Below, one piece after another: positions 1-9,835 of a DNA stretch of 64,000 nucleotides. Position 1 is the first letter of the stretch. Each line of letters starts with the position of its first letter. The stretch covers positions 32,001-96,000 of the forward strand of contig JAWOID010000071.1 of the NCBI GenBank assembly GCA_046484865.1, in the 5' to 3' direction. Below the pieces are notes generated by a model. It was given only the letters and a program-made list of their open reading frames with translations, was not told the DNA's origin and did not search any database. The position numbers and the translations under genes are program-made. The DNA comes from Candidatus Krumholzibacteriia bacterium (GTDB taxonomy: Bacteria; Krumholzibacteriota; Krumholzibacteriia; LZORAL124-64-63).

Positions 1-52
1 CATGGCAAGATCGGAGCGAGGGCCCCTCACGCGCCACCTGCGGGGAGAGGAC

Positions 53-1123
53 ATGCGCTACAAGCTGCTCGGCCGCAGCGGTCTTCGCGTCAGCGAGATC
101 TGTCTGGGCACCATGACGTTCGGCACCGACTGGCCCATCGGCGTGGACGAGGCGACCGCGCGGGCCGTCTTCGATGCGTTCCGGGAGGCGGGCGGGAACT
201 TCCTGGACACAGCCAACCGCTATACCGACGGCAGCAGCGAGGAGTTCGTCGGCCGCTTCGTCGCCGCCGAGCGCGATCGGTGGGTGCTCGGCACCAAGTA
301 CACGCTGGCCACCGATCCGTCCGACGTCAACGCCTGCGGCAACCACCGCAAGAACCTGGTCCAGGCCCTCGAGGCGAGCCTGCGGCGGTTGCGGACCGAC
401 CGCGTGGACGTCTTCTGGGTGCATGCCTGGGATGCGCTCACGCCGGTCGAGGAGGTCATGCGCGCGCTGGACGACCAGGTGCGCCTGGGCAAGGTGCTGT
501 ACGTGGGGATCAGCGACGCGCCGGCCTGGTGGATCGCCCGCGCGAACACGCTGGCCGAGCTGCGAAACTGGAGCCCCTTCGCCGCGGTGCAGTTGAAGTA
601 CAGCCTCCTCGAGCGTACCGCCGAGCGCGAGTTGCTGCCCATGGCGCAGGCGCTCGATCTGGCGGTCACCACCTGGGGTTCCCTGGGCGGGGGTTTCCTG
701 TCCGGCAAGTACCACGACGCACAGGGCCGGCGCCGCCCGAAAGCGGACGTGGAGAGTCGACGCGAGGGCGTGGGCGAGCGCGAGAGCGAACGCGAGGACG
801 CGGTGGTGCGCGCGGTCATGGACGTGGCCCGGGAGCTGGAACGTCCCGCGGCTCACGTGGCCCTGACCTGGGTCCGACAGCGGCCCGGGGTGATGATCCC
901 GGTCGTGGGCGCACGCACGGCGGAACAGTTGCGGGAGAACCTGGGCTGCCTCGACGTGCGGCTGGACGACGACCAGCTGCGCCGCCTGGACGAGGCCGGC
1001 GCGATCGACCTCGGCTTCCCGCGCGCGTTCCTGCGGCAGGATGCGATCCGCCGCCTGGTCCACGGCGACGATCCGGAACGGGTGGACGACCACCGCCGCG
1101 GGCGGCGCGGACCGACCATCTGA
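53..1123 (+). CDS. Aldo/keto reductase
   Basis: MRYKLLGRSGLRVSEICLGTMTFG, DTANRY, GTKY, VHAWD, GKVLYVGIS and PVVGART motifs. ATG at 53 follows GGAGAGG. Confidence 0.93.
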   Translation: MRYKLLGRSGLRVSEICLGTMTFGTDWPIGVDEATARAVFDAFREAGGNFLDTANRYTDGSSEEFVGRFVAAERDRWVLGTKYTLATDPSDVNACGNHRKNLVQALEASLRRLRTDRVDVFWVHAWDALTPVEEVMRALDDQVRLGKVLYVGISDAPAWWIARANTLAELRNWSPFAAVQLKYSLLERTAERELLPMAQALDLAVTTWGSLGGGFLSGKYHDAQGRRRPKADVESRREGVGERESEREDAVVRAVMDVARELERPAAHVALTWVRQRPGVMIPVVGARTAEQLRENLGCLDVRLDDDQLRRLDEAGAIDLGFPRAFLRQDAIRRLVHGDDPERVDDHRRGRRGPTI

Positions 1124-1187
1124 GCTCGCCTGCCCTGCCGGCGTCGCCGTCCGTGCCCCGCAATTCGTCGCCGGCGGCGATGCAGCG

Positions 1188-1257
1188 GTCCCCGCCCGAG
1201 ACGCGGCGGCGTTCCCCGCCGGACACGGCGGCGGTCCCCGCCCGAGACACGGCGGCG
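1188..1257. repeat. Three imperfect 22-24 bp tandem units (GTCCCCGCCCGAGACRCGGCGGCG), each able to form a small hairpin
   Basis: Units read directly at 1188-1211, 1212-1233 and 1234-1257 in the intergenic gap. Confidence 0.75.
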
Positions 1258-1343
1258 CCCGGTTTCCCACCTGACAGTGCGTCTCCCGCCAGCTATGGTG
1301 GCAACCGTCCTGGGCACCCAACCCGTCCGCGAGGAGAGCCGTC

Positions 1344-2648
1344 ATGAACCAGCATCTGCATCGCGTAGCGCTGATCGGCGCGGTACTCGTCGCCGCGTCC
1401 GGCGGGGTCGCCGCCGCCGGAGACGAACCGCGACCGGAGCGCCGTGACCAGCCCGTCTACCGGCCGGCCAACCGCTACCCGGTCCTCGAGGAGATCGAGG
1501 CGGCGCGGGCCACGCAGCAGGCCATCCGCGACTCGCTGAAGGCCGCCGCCGACGCCCGGCACGCCGCCGAGTCCGAGCGCCGCGAGGACGAGGCGCGCTC
1601 GCTGCGGGTGGACCTCTCCGCGTTCGATCTGCCGCCGTCCCCGGAGATCTTCCCGACCGCCTGGCACACCCCGCCCCTGCCGCAGTACTTCACGGGCACC
1701 TGCTGGGCCTTCTGCTCGGTTTCGCTGCTGGAATCCGAGATCCAGCGCCGACACGGCCGCGAGGTGAAGCTGTCGGAGATGTGGATCGTCTACCACGAGT
1801 ACCTCGAGAAATCCCGCCGCTTCCTGCGCGAGTACGGCCACAGCGCGGTGGCCGAGGGGAGCCAGGATCACGGCACGCTGGAGGTCATGGAGAAGTACGG
1901 CCTGGTGCCCGCCGAGGCGTATCGCGGCGTCCTGCAGGAGGACGGCCGATTCGACCACGAGCCGCTGCTCCAGGAGCTGAAGGGCTATCTCGTCTGGGTG
2001 CGCGACAGCGGCACCTGGGACGAGCCGACCAATCTCGCCGCCGTGCGGGCGATCCTCGACCGGCACCTGGGATCGCCGCCCGGCCGCTTCGCCTGGCGCG
2101 GCCGCGAGTACGAACCCGAGAGCTTTCGGGACGAGGTCGTCGGCCTCGACGCCGACGAGTACGTGAGCTGCGTGTCGCGGCTGGATGAGCCGTTCGGCGC
2201 CTTCGTCCTGCTGGACGTTCCCGACAACTGGCGGCGCAGATCCGACTACCTCAACCTGCCTCTCGACGCCTGGTACGGCGCGTTGCGCGGAGCGGTGACG
2301 GACGGTTACACGGTGACGCTGGGCGGCGACGTCTCCGAGCCCGGGCTCGACGGTCACCACGACGTCGCCGTGATCCCTTCCTTCGACATCCCGGCCGCCG
2401 CCATCGACCAGGGCGCGCGCGAGTTCCGCATCGCCACCCGCCAGACCACCGACGATCACGGCGTGCACGCGGTGGGCTACGTGCGCCACGGCGGGGCCGA
2501 CTGGTTCCTGATCAAGGACTCGAATCGCTCCAGCCGGCTGGGTCGCTTCGAGGGCTACTACTTCTACCACGGCGACTACGTCAAGCTGAAGACGCTCGCC
2601 TTCCTGGTGCACCGGGACCGGCTGCGGGACCTGCTGCCGCAGGAATGA
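1344..2648 (+). CDS. Secreted C1-family (papain / aminopeptidase C-like) cysteine peptidase
   Basis: Signal peptide, QYFTGTCWAF (oxyanion Gln and catalytic Cys), DHGVHAVGY (His) and FLIKDS. RBS GAGGAG. Confidence 0.88.
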   Translation: MNQHLHRVALIGAVLVAASGGVAAAGDEPRPERRDQPVYRPANRYPVLEEIEAARATQQAIRDSLKAAADARHAAESERREDEARSLRVDLSAFDLPPSPEIFPTAWHTPPLPQYFTGTCWAFCSVSLLESEIQRRHGREVKLSEMWIVYHEYLEKSRRFLREYGHSAVAEGSQDHGTLEVMEKYGLVPAEAYRGVLQEDGRFDHEPLLQELKGYLVWVRDSGTWDEPTNLAAVRAILDRHLGSPPGRFAWRGREYEPESFRDEVVGLDADEYVSCVSRLDEPFGAFVLLDVPDNWRRRSDYLNLPLDAWYGALRGAVTDGYTVTLGGDVSEPGLDGHHDVAVIPSFDIPAAAIDQGAREFRIATRQTTDDHGVHAVGYVRHGGADWFLIKDSNRSSRLGRFEGYYFYHGDYVKLKTLAFLVHRDRLRDLLPQE

Positions 2649-2785
2649 CGGGAATGAGTCGATCCGGGGCGGCGGATCCGGTGCTTCGACCCGAGATTGT
2701 CCGGTGACCGCCAGGTGGTACGCTCGACCGAGCGCTCCGCTCGCCTGGGCGCGCCGGTCGGCGTGACTGCAACCGAGGACCAGCC

Positions 2786-3799
2786 ATGACGTATCTCCAG
2801 GAACCGCCCCCGCACGAGATCGTCCACGCTCGCCGTCAGGAGCGCGCACCGACCATGGGCCAGAGAGCCTTGCTGCAGATGAGCGTGACGCTGGGCCTGC
2901 TGGCCGCCGCGGTCGCTGCCCTGCTCGTGTGGAAGGGCCGCGTCGTGATGGGGGTCTACCTCGCCGACCCGTTCGCCATGGTGCTGAACGGCCTCATCGT
3001 GGCGCTCTTCGTGCTGGGGCTCGTGCGACTCTTCCAGGGTCTGCGGCACTATGCGCGGGAGGAGCGGGAAGTGAACCGCTTCCTGAGGATGCGCAGCGAC
3101 GGCATGCCAGGCGCCGCGGCCTTCGACGACCTCGCCGACGACTCGATCATGGCTCGCCGCTACTTCACGATCCGGGGACTCTACGAGCGAGGCATCCCCA
3201 TCGATCACGGAGCGATCTCGGCGATCATGGTGGCGGAGGAGTCGCTCTACCAGTCATTCCCCCGCTTCGTGAACAACGTGCTCATCCTCACCGGCGTGTT
3301 CGGCACGGTGACCTCGTTGATCATCGCCCTCGTGGGCGCCAGCGACGTGATCCAGACCGCCGTGCCCGGCGAAGGCATGGGGCTGATGCTGCTGGGCATG
3401 AACACGGCGCTCACCACCACGGCCACCGCCATCGTCTGCTTCTTCTTCTTCACCTACTTCTACCAGAAGCTGGGCGACGTCCAGAGCTACCTCTTCAGCC
3501 GGCTCGAGCGTGCGACCTTGCTCTACCTGGTTCCCGAGTTCGCCTTCGACACCGACGCCGTCAACCACGAGACCCGCCGCCTGGTCGAGGAGGTGCGCGG
3601 ACTCACCCAGGACCTGCGCACCGGGCTCGGCGATCTCCAGCGCAGCACCGCCGCCCTGGCGATCCCGCAGCACGAGCGGCTGAAGGTGTGGTCCGGCCTG
3701 GCGGCCGGCCAGGAGGAGCAGGTCCGGCGGCTGGAAGGGCTCGGCTCCCAGCTCGAGGAGCTGCACCGCGTCCTGGTGGAGGGGTTCCGCCTGCGCTGA
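2786..3799 (+). CDS. MotA/TolQ/ExbB-family ion-channel subunit
   Basis: Four hydrophobic segments. LILTGVFGTVTSL and GMNTALTTTATAI match the GxxGT and ALxTT helices of the family. C-terminal coiled coil. Confidence 0.8.
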   Translation: MTYLQEPPPHEIVHARRQERAPTMGQRALLQMSVTLGLLAAAVAALLVWKGRVVMGVYLADPFAMVLNGLIVALFVLGLVRLFQGLRHYAREEREVNRFLRMRSDGMPGAAAFDDLADDSIMARRYFTIRGLYERGIPIDHGAISAIMVAEESLYQSFPRFVNNVLILTGVFGTVTSLIIALVGASDVIQTAVPGEGMGLMLLGMNTALTTTATAIVCFFFFTYFYQKLGDVQSYLFSRLERATLLYLVPEFAFDTDAVNHETRRLVEEVRGLTQDLRTGLGDLQRSTAALAIPQHERLKVWSGLAAGQEEQVRRLEGLGSQLEELHRVLVEGFRLR

Positions 3800-3820
3800 C
3801 CGCCGCCCGGAGGTGACCCC

Positions 3821-4780
3821 GTGCACGTGTTCCGCTCCTTCCCCGACCTTCACCCCGGCGATCGCGGCGCTCGGTCGGGTTCCACGCTGTGGCCGTCGTT
3901 CGCCGACATCATGACGGTGATCCTGATGGTGTTCATGCTCACCATGGTGGCGGTGATCATCAAGAACGCGAGCCTGCTCGAGTCGGTCCGTCTGAGCCAC
4001 GCCCGGCAGACCGAGGCGGAGGCCGCGCTCCAGGTGCAACTGGGCCGCTTGGCCGATCTGACGGCCGCCAACGTGGACCTCGAGGAACAGCTCCGCGACC
4101 GGGAGACGCAGATCATCGTGCTGACCGACGAACAGACCCGCCTGCAGGACCTGCTCGACGCCAGGATGCTGGTGATCGAGCGCCTGGAGGAGGAGCGCGC
4201 CGATCTGCAGGAGTCGGTGCGGGTCATCCGCATGCGCGTGGCCGAACAGGAGGAGGAACTGGCGGCGGCTCAGGGCCGCATCACCGAGGTCACGGCCGCG
4301 GCCGAGGCGCGCCGGGACGAGTTGCGACGGGAACTGGAGGCGCTCCTGCGGCAGTTGAACGAGAAGGACGCCTTCCTGATCACGCTGCAGGACGAGAAGA
4401 GCGACCTGCAGTCGCAGCTCGACCAGCAGCGGCAGGATTTCGCGTCGATGGAGGACGAGTATCTGCGCTTGCTGCGGCCCGCCCGCAGCCCCCACGGCAA
4501 GCAGGTGGCCACGGTGCAGTACTACCGGCTGGGGCCGGACTATCACATCCTCTTCAAGGACGTGGGCGCGACGGAGGCCGAGGAGGTGAGCCGGGACGAG
4601 TTGCACCGGCGTCTCGGCGCGCTGAAGGAGCGCCTGGGCGACGACCTCTACGTGAAGATCGTGATTCCCGACGCCAGCGGACTCTCGTTCAACGAGGCCT
4701 GGCGTTTCACCGACGACATCCTGTCGCGCTACGATTACTACCACGCCGAGAGTCCGCCGGAGCAGGCGCGAGGGCGGTGA
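3821..4780 (+). CDS. MotB/ExbD-like partner subunit with long coiled coil and no OmpA domain
   Basis: WPSFADIMTVILMVFML transmembrane segment with the conserved Asp (codon 3905-3907), then a heptad-rich region and a small C-terminal domain. GTG start after GGAGG. Confidence 0.75.
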   Translation: MHVFRSFPDLHPGDRGARSGSTLWPSFADIMTVILMVFMLTMVAVIIKNASLLESVRLSHARQTEAEAALQVQLGRLADLTAANVDLEEQLRDRETQIIVLTDEQTRLQDLLDARMLVIERLEEERADLQESVRVIRMRVAEQEEELAAAQGRITEVTAAAEARRDELRRELEALLRQLNEKDAFLITLQDEKSDLQSQLDQQRQDFASMEDEYLRLLRPARSPHGKQVATVQYYRLGPDYHILFKDVGATEAEEVSRDELHRRLGALKERLGDDLYVKIVIPDASGLSFNEAWRFTDDILSRYDYYHAESPPEQARGR

Positions 4781-4795
4781 CGCTCCGATCGCAGG

Positions 4796-5998
4796 TCACT
4801 CGGCTTCACCCCGGAACACCGCCAGCAGCCGCCGGGCGGCCGCCACCGGGGTGGTCTCCCCGCCGGTGACCCGCCGCTCCAGTTCGGGCAGCAGGCTCTG
4901 CACTCCCGGATGCGAGTGGAACGCGTCCTCGAGCTGTTCCCGCACCAGATCGTGGACCCACGCGCGCTCCTGCTCGCGGCGCCGCCGCTCCAGGGCGCCG
5001 GTGCGTCGGCCCCGGGCCGCGAACTCCTCCACCATCTCCCACACGACGTCGATGCCCTCGCCGGTGACCGCCGAGCAGGTGAGGGCCCGCGTGATCCAGT
5101 CCTCGCTGGCGGGACGCAGGTAGTGCAGGGCGCGCTCGTACTCGGCGCGGGTGAACTCCGCAGCCGGCCGACCCGGTCCGTCGGCCTTGTTGATGACCAC
5201 CGCGTCGGCCAGCTCGATCACGCCCTTCTTCAGTCCCTGCAACTCGTCCCCCGCCCCCGCAATGAGCAGGAGCAGGAAGAAGTCGACCATGCCCCGCACC
5301 TGGCTCTCGCTCTGTCCCACCCCCACCGTCTCCACGAGGACGACGTCGTAGCCGGCCGTCTCGAAGAGCAGGATGGTCTCGCGGGTCTTGCGGGTCACGC
5401 CGCCCAGGGTGCCGCCCGAGGGTGAGGGTCGGATGAAGGCGCCGGGGTCGACGGACAGCCGCTCCATGCGCGTCTTGTCGCCGAGCAGGCTGCCGCCGGA
5501 GACGGAGCTGGAGGGATCGACGGCGGTCACCGCCACCCGGTGGCCGGCGCCGGTGAGTCGCGTCCCCAGGGTCTCGATGAAGGTGGACTTGCCGGCTCCC
5601 GGCACGCCCGTGATCCCCACCCTCAGCGCCGGCCGGCGGTGAGGCAGCAGCGCCTGAACCAGCTCCTGCGCCTGCTCGAAGTGGGCGGCCGCGTTGCTCT
5701 CCACCAGGGTGATGGCGCGGGCGAGGATTCCGCGATCGCCGGCCAGCACCCCCTCCACGTAGTCGCGCAGGCCGAGCTGGCGACGTCGCGGACCCGCGTC
5801 CCCGCCTTCGGGCAGGGCACGACCGGTGGCGCCGCGGACGCCCGCCCGCAGGCGCAGGGCAGAGGGCGGCGGAACCTCGCCGGAGCCGTCCGCCCGCCGG
5901 CCCGTATCGCCGTCTGCGGCCGGGTCGCCGTTACGGTCCGGCTCCGCGTCTGCCGGCGGCCGCCGCGGATCCCGATCGTGATTCCGGTCTTCGTCCAT
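4796..5998 (-). CDS. meaB: Methylmalonyl-CoA mutase-associated GTPase MeaB (ArgK family)
   Basis: LARAITLVES, GITGVPGAGKST, VDPSS, GDKTRM, ETVGVGQSE and NKAD motifs. Low-complexity N-terminal extension, so the start is uncertain. Confidence 0.95.
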   Translation of the reverse strand: MDEDRNHDRDPRRPPADAEPDRNGDPAADGDTGRRADGSGEVPPPSALRLRAGVRGATGRALPEGGDAGPRRRQLGLRDYVEGVLAGDRGILARAITLVESNAAAHFEQAQELVQALLPHRRPALRVGITGVPGAGKSTFIETLGTRLTGAGHRVAVTAVDPSSSVSGGSLLGDKTRMERLSVDPGAFIRPSPSGGTLGGVTRKTRETILLFETAGYDVVLVETVGVGQSESQVRGMVDFFLLLLIAGAGDELQGLKKGVIELADAVVINKADGPGRPAAEFTRAEYERALHYLRPASEDWITRALTCSAVTGEGIDVVWEMVEEFAARGRRTGALERRRREQERAWVHDLVREQLEDAFHSHPGVQSLLPELERRVTGGETTPVAAARRLLAVFRGEAE

Positions 5999-6011
5999 CG
6001 AATCGCGCCGC

Positions 6012-7514
6012 CTAGGCGCCGCCTGCGCGCCGGTTGGCCACCTCCCAGGCGGTGCGGAACCCGAGCCGGACCAGTTCCTGGAAGAGCGGACCGTTCAGGG
6101 TCTCCGGCCGGTCGCCGGGTCGGTGCAGGTGGGTATAGCTGCCGGTGGTGGCGAAGTAGAGGGTGGGGACGCCGCCCTGGTGGAATGGCGCGGCATCGGC
6201 GCCGCCGCCGCCCCAGGTGCGGGCCACGCTCCAGCCCGCGTGCCCGGCGTCGAGGTCGCGGGCCAGCCGCCACAGCTCCGGCGAGGTGTCGCCGCTGCCG
6301 AGCTGGATGCTGTCGCCGTGGGCCACGCAATCGAAGTTGAGCATGGCCGCCGTGCGCTCCAGCGGCAGCACCGGATGGTCCACGTAGTGGCGCGATCCGT
6401 TCAGCCCCTGCTCCTCGGAGGCGAACAGGACGAACACCAGGCTGCGGGCCGGGCGCTCGCCGGCGGTCGCGAACGCCCGCGCCAGAGCGATGATCGCGGC
6501 GGCGCCGCTGGCGTTGTCGTTGGCGCCCGGCAGGTACAGCTCGGGCGACTGCCGCCCGACGTGGTCGAGATGGGCGCCGAGCACGACGCACTCGCGGCTC
6601 AGCTCGGGATCGGCCCCCGGCAGCACGGCCACCACGTTGCACGTCTCGCGGGCGGCATCGTACCGGGCGCGCACGTCGATCTCCACCTGCGCCGCCAGGG
6701 GCCGAGGCGCGGGCGCTTTCCCGGCATCGAGGGCCTCACGAGCTGCCAGCAGGCGTCCCTCGCCGCCCAGCAACACGTCCGCGAACTCCATCGAGATCTC
6801 CAGCTGCGGGAAGTCCGGATCCTGCTCGCCGGAACCGTGCAGGACGCTCGCGATGGGCGCCGACGGACGGTCACCCCGCGGCGGCTGCACCCAGAGCATC
6901 GCCCGCGCGCCGTGCGCCGCGGCCCAGGCGGCCTTGGGGCGAGGCGTGCTCGCGTCCCAGCCCCAGCTCTCGCCGTCGGCGGGCCGCCACGGCGGAGCCG
7001 GCTTGAGGCAGAGCACCACGTGGCCGGTGACGTCCGCCCCGGCGTAATCGTCGTGTCCCCGGTCGGGCAGCGATACGCCGTAACCCACGAACGTGACCGG
7101 CGCGACCACCCGGCCCGAACCGGTGAAGCCCCGGCAGAGGAAGTCCTCGCCCAGCACGGCGTGCCGCACCCGCCCGTCCGCGGTGGCCACCGTCAGGTGC
7201 GGCGTGCCCACGATCTCGTTGTACTCGACCGCGAGGGTCTGACGGAAGCCGGCGTCGCCCGCCGGCTCGAGGCCCAGCGCGGCGAACCGGTCCGTCGCCC
7301 AGCGCACGGCGGCCTCGTAGCCCCGCCCCCCGGACAGCCGGCCGTCGCGCTCGGGGGCGGCGAGCCAGGCCACGTCGTCCAGCAATTCGGCCGCGACGAT
7401 GGTCTGCGCGCCGCGTTCCCGGTCGGCCGTGGTCGCCCCGGCCGCCGCCGTCCCCATCGACAAGACGGCGAGGGCCGCCAGGACCGATACCATCGACAAC
7501 GTACCCTGCGCCAC
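6012..7514 (-). CDS. Secreted M28-family metallopeptidase with PA domain
   Basis: Signal peptide, GAHLDHVG, GANDNASG, ASEEQGLNGS, NFDCVA and HRPGD. PA insert FVGYGV...DDYAGADVTG. Confidence 0.9.
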   Translation of the reverse strand: MAQGTLSMVSVLAALAVLSMGTAAAGATTADRERGAQTIVAAELLDDVAWLAAPERDGRLSGGRGYEAAVRWATDRFAALGLEPAGDAGFRQTLAVEYNEIVGTPHLTVATADGRVRHAVLGEDFLCRGFTGSGRVVAPVTFVGYGVSLPDRGHDDYAGADVTGHVVLCLKPAPPWRPADGESWGWDASTPRPKAAWAAAHGARAMLWVQPPRGDRPSAPIASVLHGSGEQDPDFPQLEISMEFADVLLGGEGRLLAAREALDAGKAPAPRPLAAQVEIDVRARYDAARETCNVVAVLPGADPELSRECVVLGAHLDHVGRQSPELYLPGANDNASGAAAIIALARAFATAGERPARSLVFVLFASEEQGLNGSRHYVDHPVLPLERTAAMLNFDCVAHGDSIQLGSGDTSPELWRLARDLDAGHAGWSVARTWGGGGADAAPFHQGGVPTLYFATTGSYTHLHRPGDRPETLNGPLFQELVRLGFRTAWEVANRRAGGA

Positions 7515-7629
7515 CTTCGGTTCTCCCGTCTGCAGGATGGCTTCCCCGCGGCGGCGGCCGCCATCACGGCGGCGGCCGAACTCTCCGCATGGTAACAGGC
7601 GGCCTTCCCCCGGGCAAATGGCGGCGGGA

Positions 7630-8088
7630 TCACTCCTCGTGAGCCGTGCGGGCCTGCTGCAACTCGGGCATCTGGTTCAGCACGCGAGCCACGGGCTCGT
7701 CGCCGGCGGTCGATCGGGCGAAGGCGACGAATCTCGCCACGAAGTGGGAGGCCTTCTCGCCACCGAGACCCGAGCGGCGCAGCAGACTGACGGCCTCCAT
7801 GGTGGAGCCGGCGTTGCCGAGCACACGGCGCGCCTTGCCGAGGAACCCGCCCATCAGGCCGCCTCCGGCCGGTTCCTGCTCCGCCGCGGCCAGGGCGCGA
7901 TCGGCGCCCGGCAAGCGTCCGATCAGGACGTCGGCGTCGGCCCCCGCGCGTTGACGCGCATACTTCAGCAGGGCTCCGACCGCGCGCAGGGCGTCGTCCC
8001 GCCCGATGCCGAGCTCTTCTCCGGCCTGGTTCGCGAACTCCTCGACGGAGCCCGGTCCGCCGGCAGGAGGCGTGGTTCCGGTGGTCAT
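7630..8088 (-). CDS. DUF2780-like small helical protein
   Basis: ELGIGRDDALRAVGALL...LPGAD...GGLMGG...GLGGEK pattern. ATG at 8088 after GAGGAGAGG. Confidence 0.65.
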   Translation of the reverse strand: MTTGTTPPAGGPGSVEEFANQAGEELGIGRDDALRAVGALLKYARQRAGADADVLIGRLPGADRALAAAEQEPAGGGLMGGFLGKARRVLGNAGSTMEAVSLLRRSGLGGEKASHFVARFVAFARSTAGDEPVARVLNQMPELQQARTAHEE

Positions 8089-8140
8089 GATCCTCTCCTC
8101 GCTGGTTGCGCGGCGGACGCGCCGGGCGCTTCGCCGCCTG

Positions 8141-8998
8141 TCAGATCCCGTCGCGCAGTCGCTCGTAGTTGCGCTGCACGACCAGATGGCCGTAGCGCCG
8201 CTCCAGCCGCCGCACCGTGAAGTGCCCGCGCGCCACATCCTGGAAGTGGTCCACGAACAGTAGATTGATGCCGGCCCCGCCGATCGCGCCCAGCACGGGG
8301 ACGGCCTGGGCCGCCACCTTCTCCGAGACCACCACGCCGAAGCGTGCCGAGATCTGGCTGACCAGCCGCGCCAGGACCGGCGCGCCCTTGCCGGCGAGGC
8401 CGCGCTCGGCGAGGTGGCGGCTGGCGTCGGTCACCGCCCGGGCGAGCGCGGCCCGCACGGCGTAGTAGCCCGTCTCGGCGCCGTCGTCGGCGACCGTTCG
8501 TCCGCCCAGCGCGAACACCTCCAGGCACGACAGGCGCGCCTCCACCCGCGTGAAGTCCTCGCCCTCGCTGCGGGCGATGTCGGCGATGGACCGCAGGATG
8601 ATGGTGGTGGAGATGGGCAGTTCCACCAGCAGCGCCGGGGTGCCGAAGAACCCCCCGACCGCCCCGCTGGCGCCCGACGCCACGCGGTGGAACCTGGATC
8701 GTCCGCGAAGCGTACCGCCCGGCCGGCGGTCCTCGTCCTCCAGGGTACGGATCGCCACGTCCAGCAGCTTCTCCAGGGTGATGCGGACCGCCTGCTGCAC
8801 GCGCTCGGTCATCTGCCCCGGCAGGAAGCGCGCCGCCTTCTCCAGGGGCTCGCCCACGAGGTCGGTCAGCCGGGCGACGAAGCCGGGATTCTCCAGGCGG
8901 CGCACCGCCTCGCGCAGCGCCGCCAGGTCGGCCTCGGTCATCTCGTCGCCCCGGGCGACGTTCCCGCCCGCAAGGTCTTTCACGTCGTCGGCCGTCAC
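8141..8998 (-). CDS. EcsC-family protein
   Basis: GASGAVGGFFG..ALLVELP, LRSIADIARSEGED and AQAVPVLGAIGGAGIN. The GTG start overlaps the upstream stop (GTGA); ATG 8941 is an alternative. Confidence 0.85.
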   Translation of the reverse strand: MTADDVKDLAGGNVARGDEMTEADLAALREAVRRLENPGFVARLTDLVGEPLEKAARFLPGQMTERVQQAVRITLEKLLDVAIRTLEDEDRRPGGTLRGRSRFHRVASGASGAVGGFFGTPALLVELPISTTIILRSIADIARSEGEDFTRVEARLSCLEVFALGGRTVADDGAETGYYAVRAALARAVTDASRHLAERGLAGKGAPVLARLVSQISARFGVVVSEKVAAQAVPVLGAIGGAGINLLFVDHFQDVARGHFTVRRLERRYGHLVVQRNYERLRDGI

Positions 8999-9729
8999 GG
9001 TGTCGTCACCTCCACGACCCGGAAGGTCTCCTCGCCCGGCCGGGCCGCCGCGAGTACCGGGACGGACACGTTGTACACGGGGACGCCCCTGGCGGTGCGC
9101 CCCTCGGGTGATCCGTGATGGGCGTGTCCGTGGAAGACCGCCGCCACCTCGTGGCGGTTGAGCGGCTCCTCCAGCCGGGTGGTGCCGAGAAAGGGGTAGA
9201 GTTCGCGCGGTTCGCCCTCGACGGTGTCCGGCACGGGCGCGTAGTGGAGCAGGACCACCCGCGGCCCGTCGTCGAGCGTGGAGAGGGCCTGCTCGAGCTT
9301 GAGGACCTCGTCCACGGCCGCCTGGACGAACTGCTTGATGAGCGATTCGCCCCAGGCGCTCAGGACGTAACGCCCGAAGCCGCCGCCGAAGCCCGCCACG
9401 CCGGCGAACCCCACGTCGAGCACGCGGATGCTCTCCCCGTCCAGGATCCGTAGCCCGGCACCGCCGAGGATCTCGCGCACGACCGGCGCCTCCCCGCTCT
9501 CGAAATCGTGATTGCCCAGCACGCCGACGGCGGGGATGCGGACCACCTCGCGCAGGTCGGCCGCCATCAGTTCCGCCTCCGCGGGCGTCCCGTAGGCCGT
9601 CATGTCGCCGCAGACGAGCAGGACGTCGGCCGCCGCGGCTGCGGCCTCCAGGAGCCCCCGCTTGACCTCCCGTGATCCCTGGCCGTAGTGGATGTCCGCC
9701 AGCGCGGCGATCCGGACCTTCCCCGGCAT
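8995..9729 (-). CDS. Calcineurin-like metallophosphoesterase
   Basis: ADIH, CGD, GNHD, LLHY and HGHAH motifs. ATG at 9729 after GAAGGAG. Confidence 0.9.
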   Translation of the reverse strand: MPGKVRIAALADIHYGQGSREVKRGLLEAAAAAADVLLVCGDMTAYGTPAEAELMAADLREVVRIPAVGVLGNHDFESGEAPVVREILGGAGLRILDGESIRVLDVGFAGVAGFGGGFGRYVLSAWGESLIKQFVQAAVDEVLKLEQALSTLDDGPRVVLLHYAPVPDTVEGEPRELYPFLGTTRLEEPLNRHEVAAVFHGHAHHGSPEGRTARGVPVYNVSVPVLAAARPGEETFRVVEVTTP

Positions 9730-9835
9730 GCTGCTCCTTCCCTCTGAACCGCCCCGACTGCGGAGCGGGACGTTCATGGGTACATATACAGATCGTCGGG
9801 ATCGCTGGCACCCGCACCTCCTGGGAGAGCGCCCC

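Noticed and set aside
1188..1257. Mini CRISPR array
   Set aside because: The units are directly adjacent with no spacers, and there are no cas genes.
2786..4780. Zorya ZorAB or flagellar MotAB call
   Set aside because: The B subunit has no OmpA-like domain, the A subunit lacks the very long ZorA tail, and no zorC/D/E or flagellar genes are nearby.
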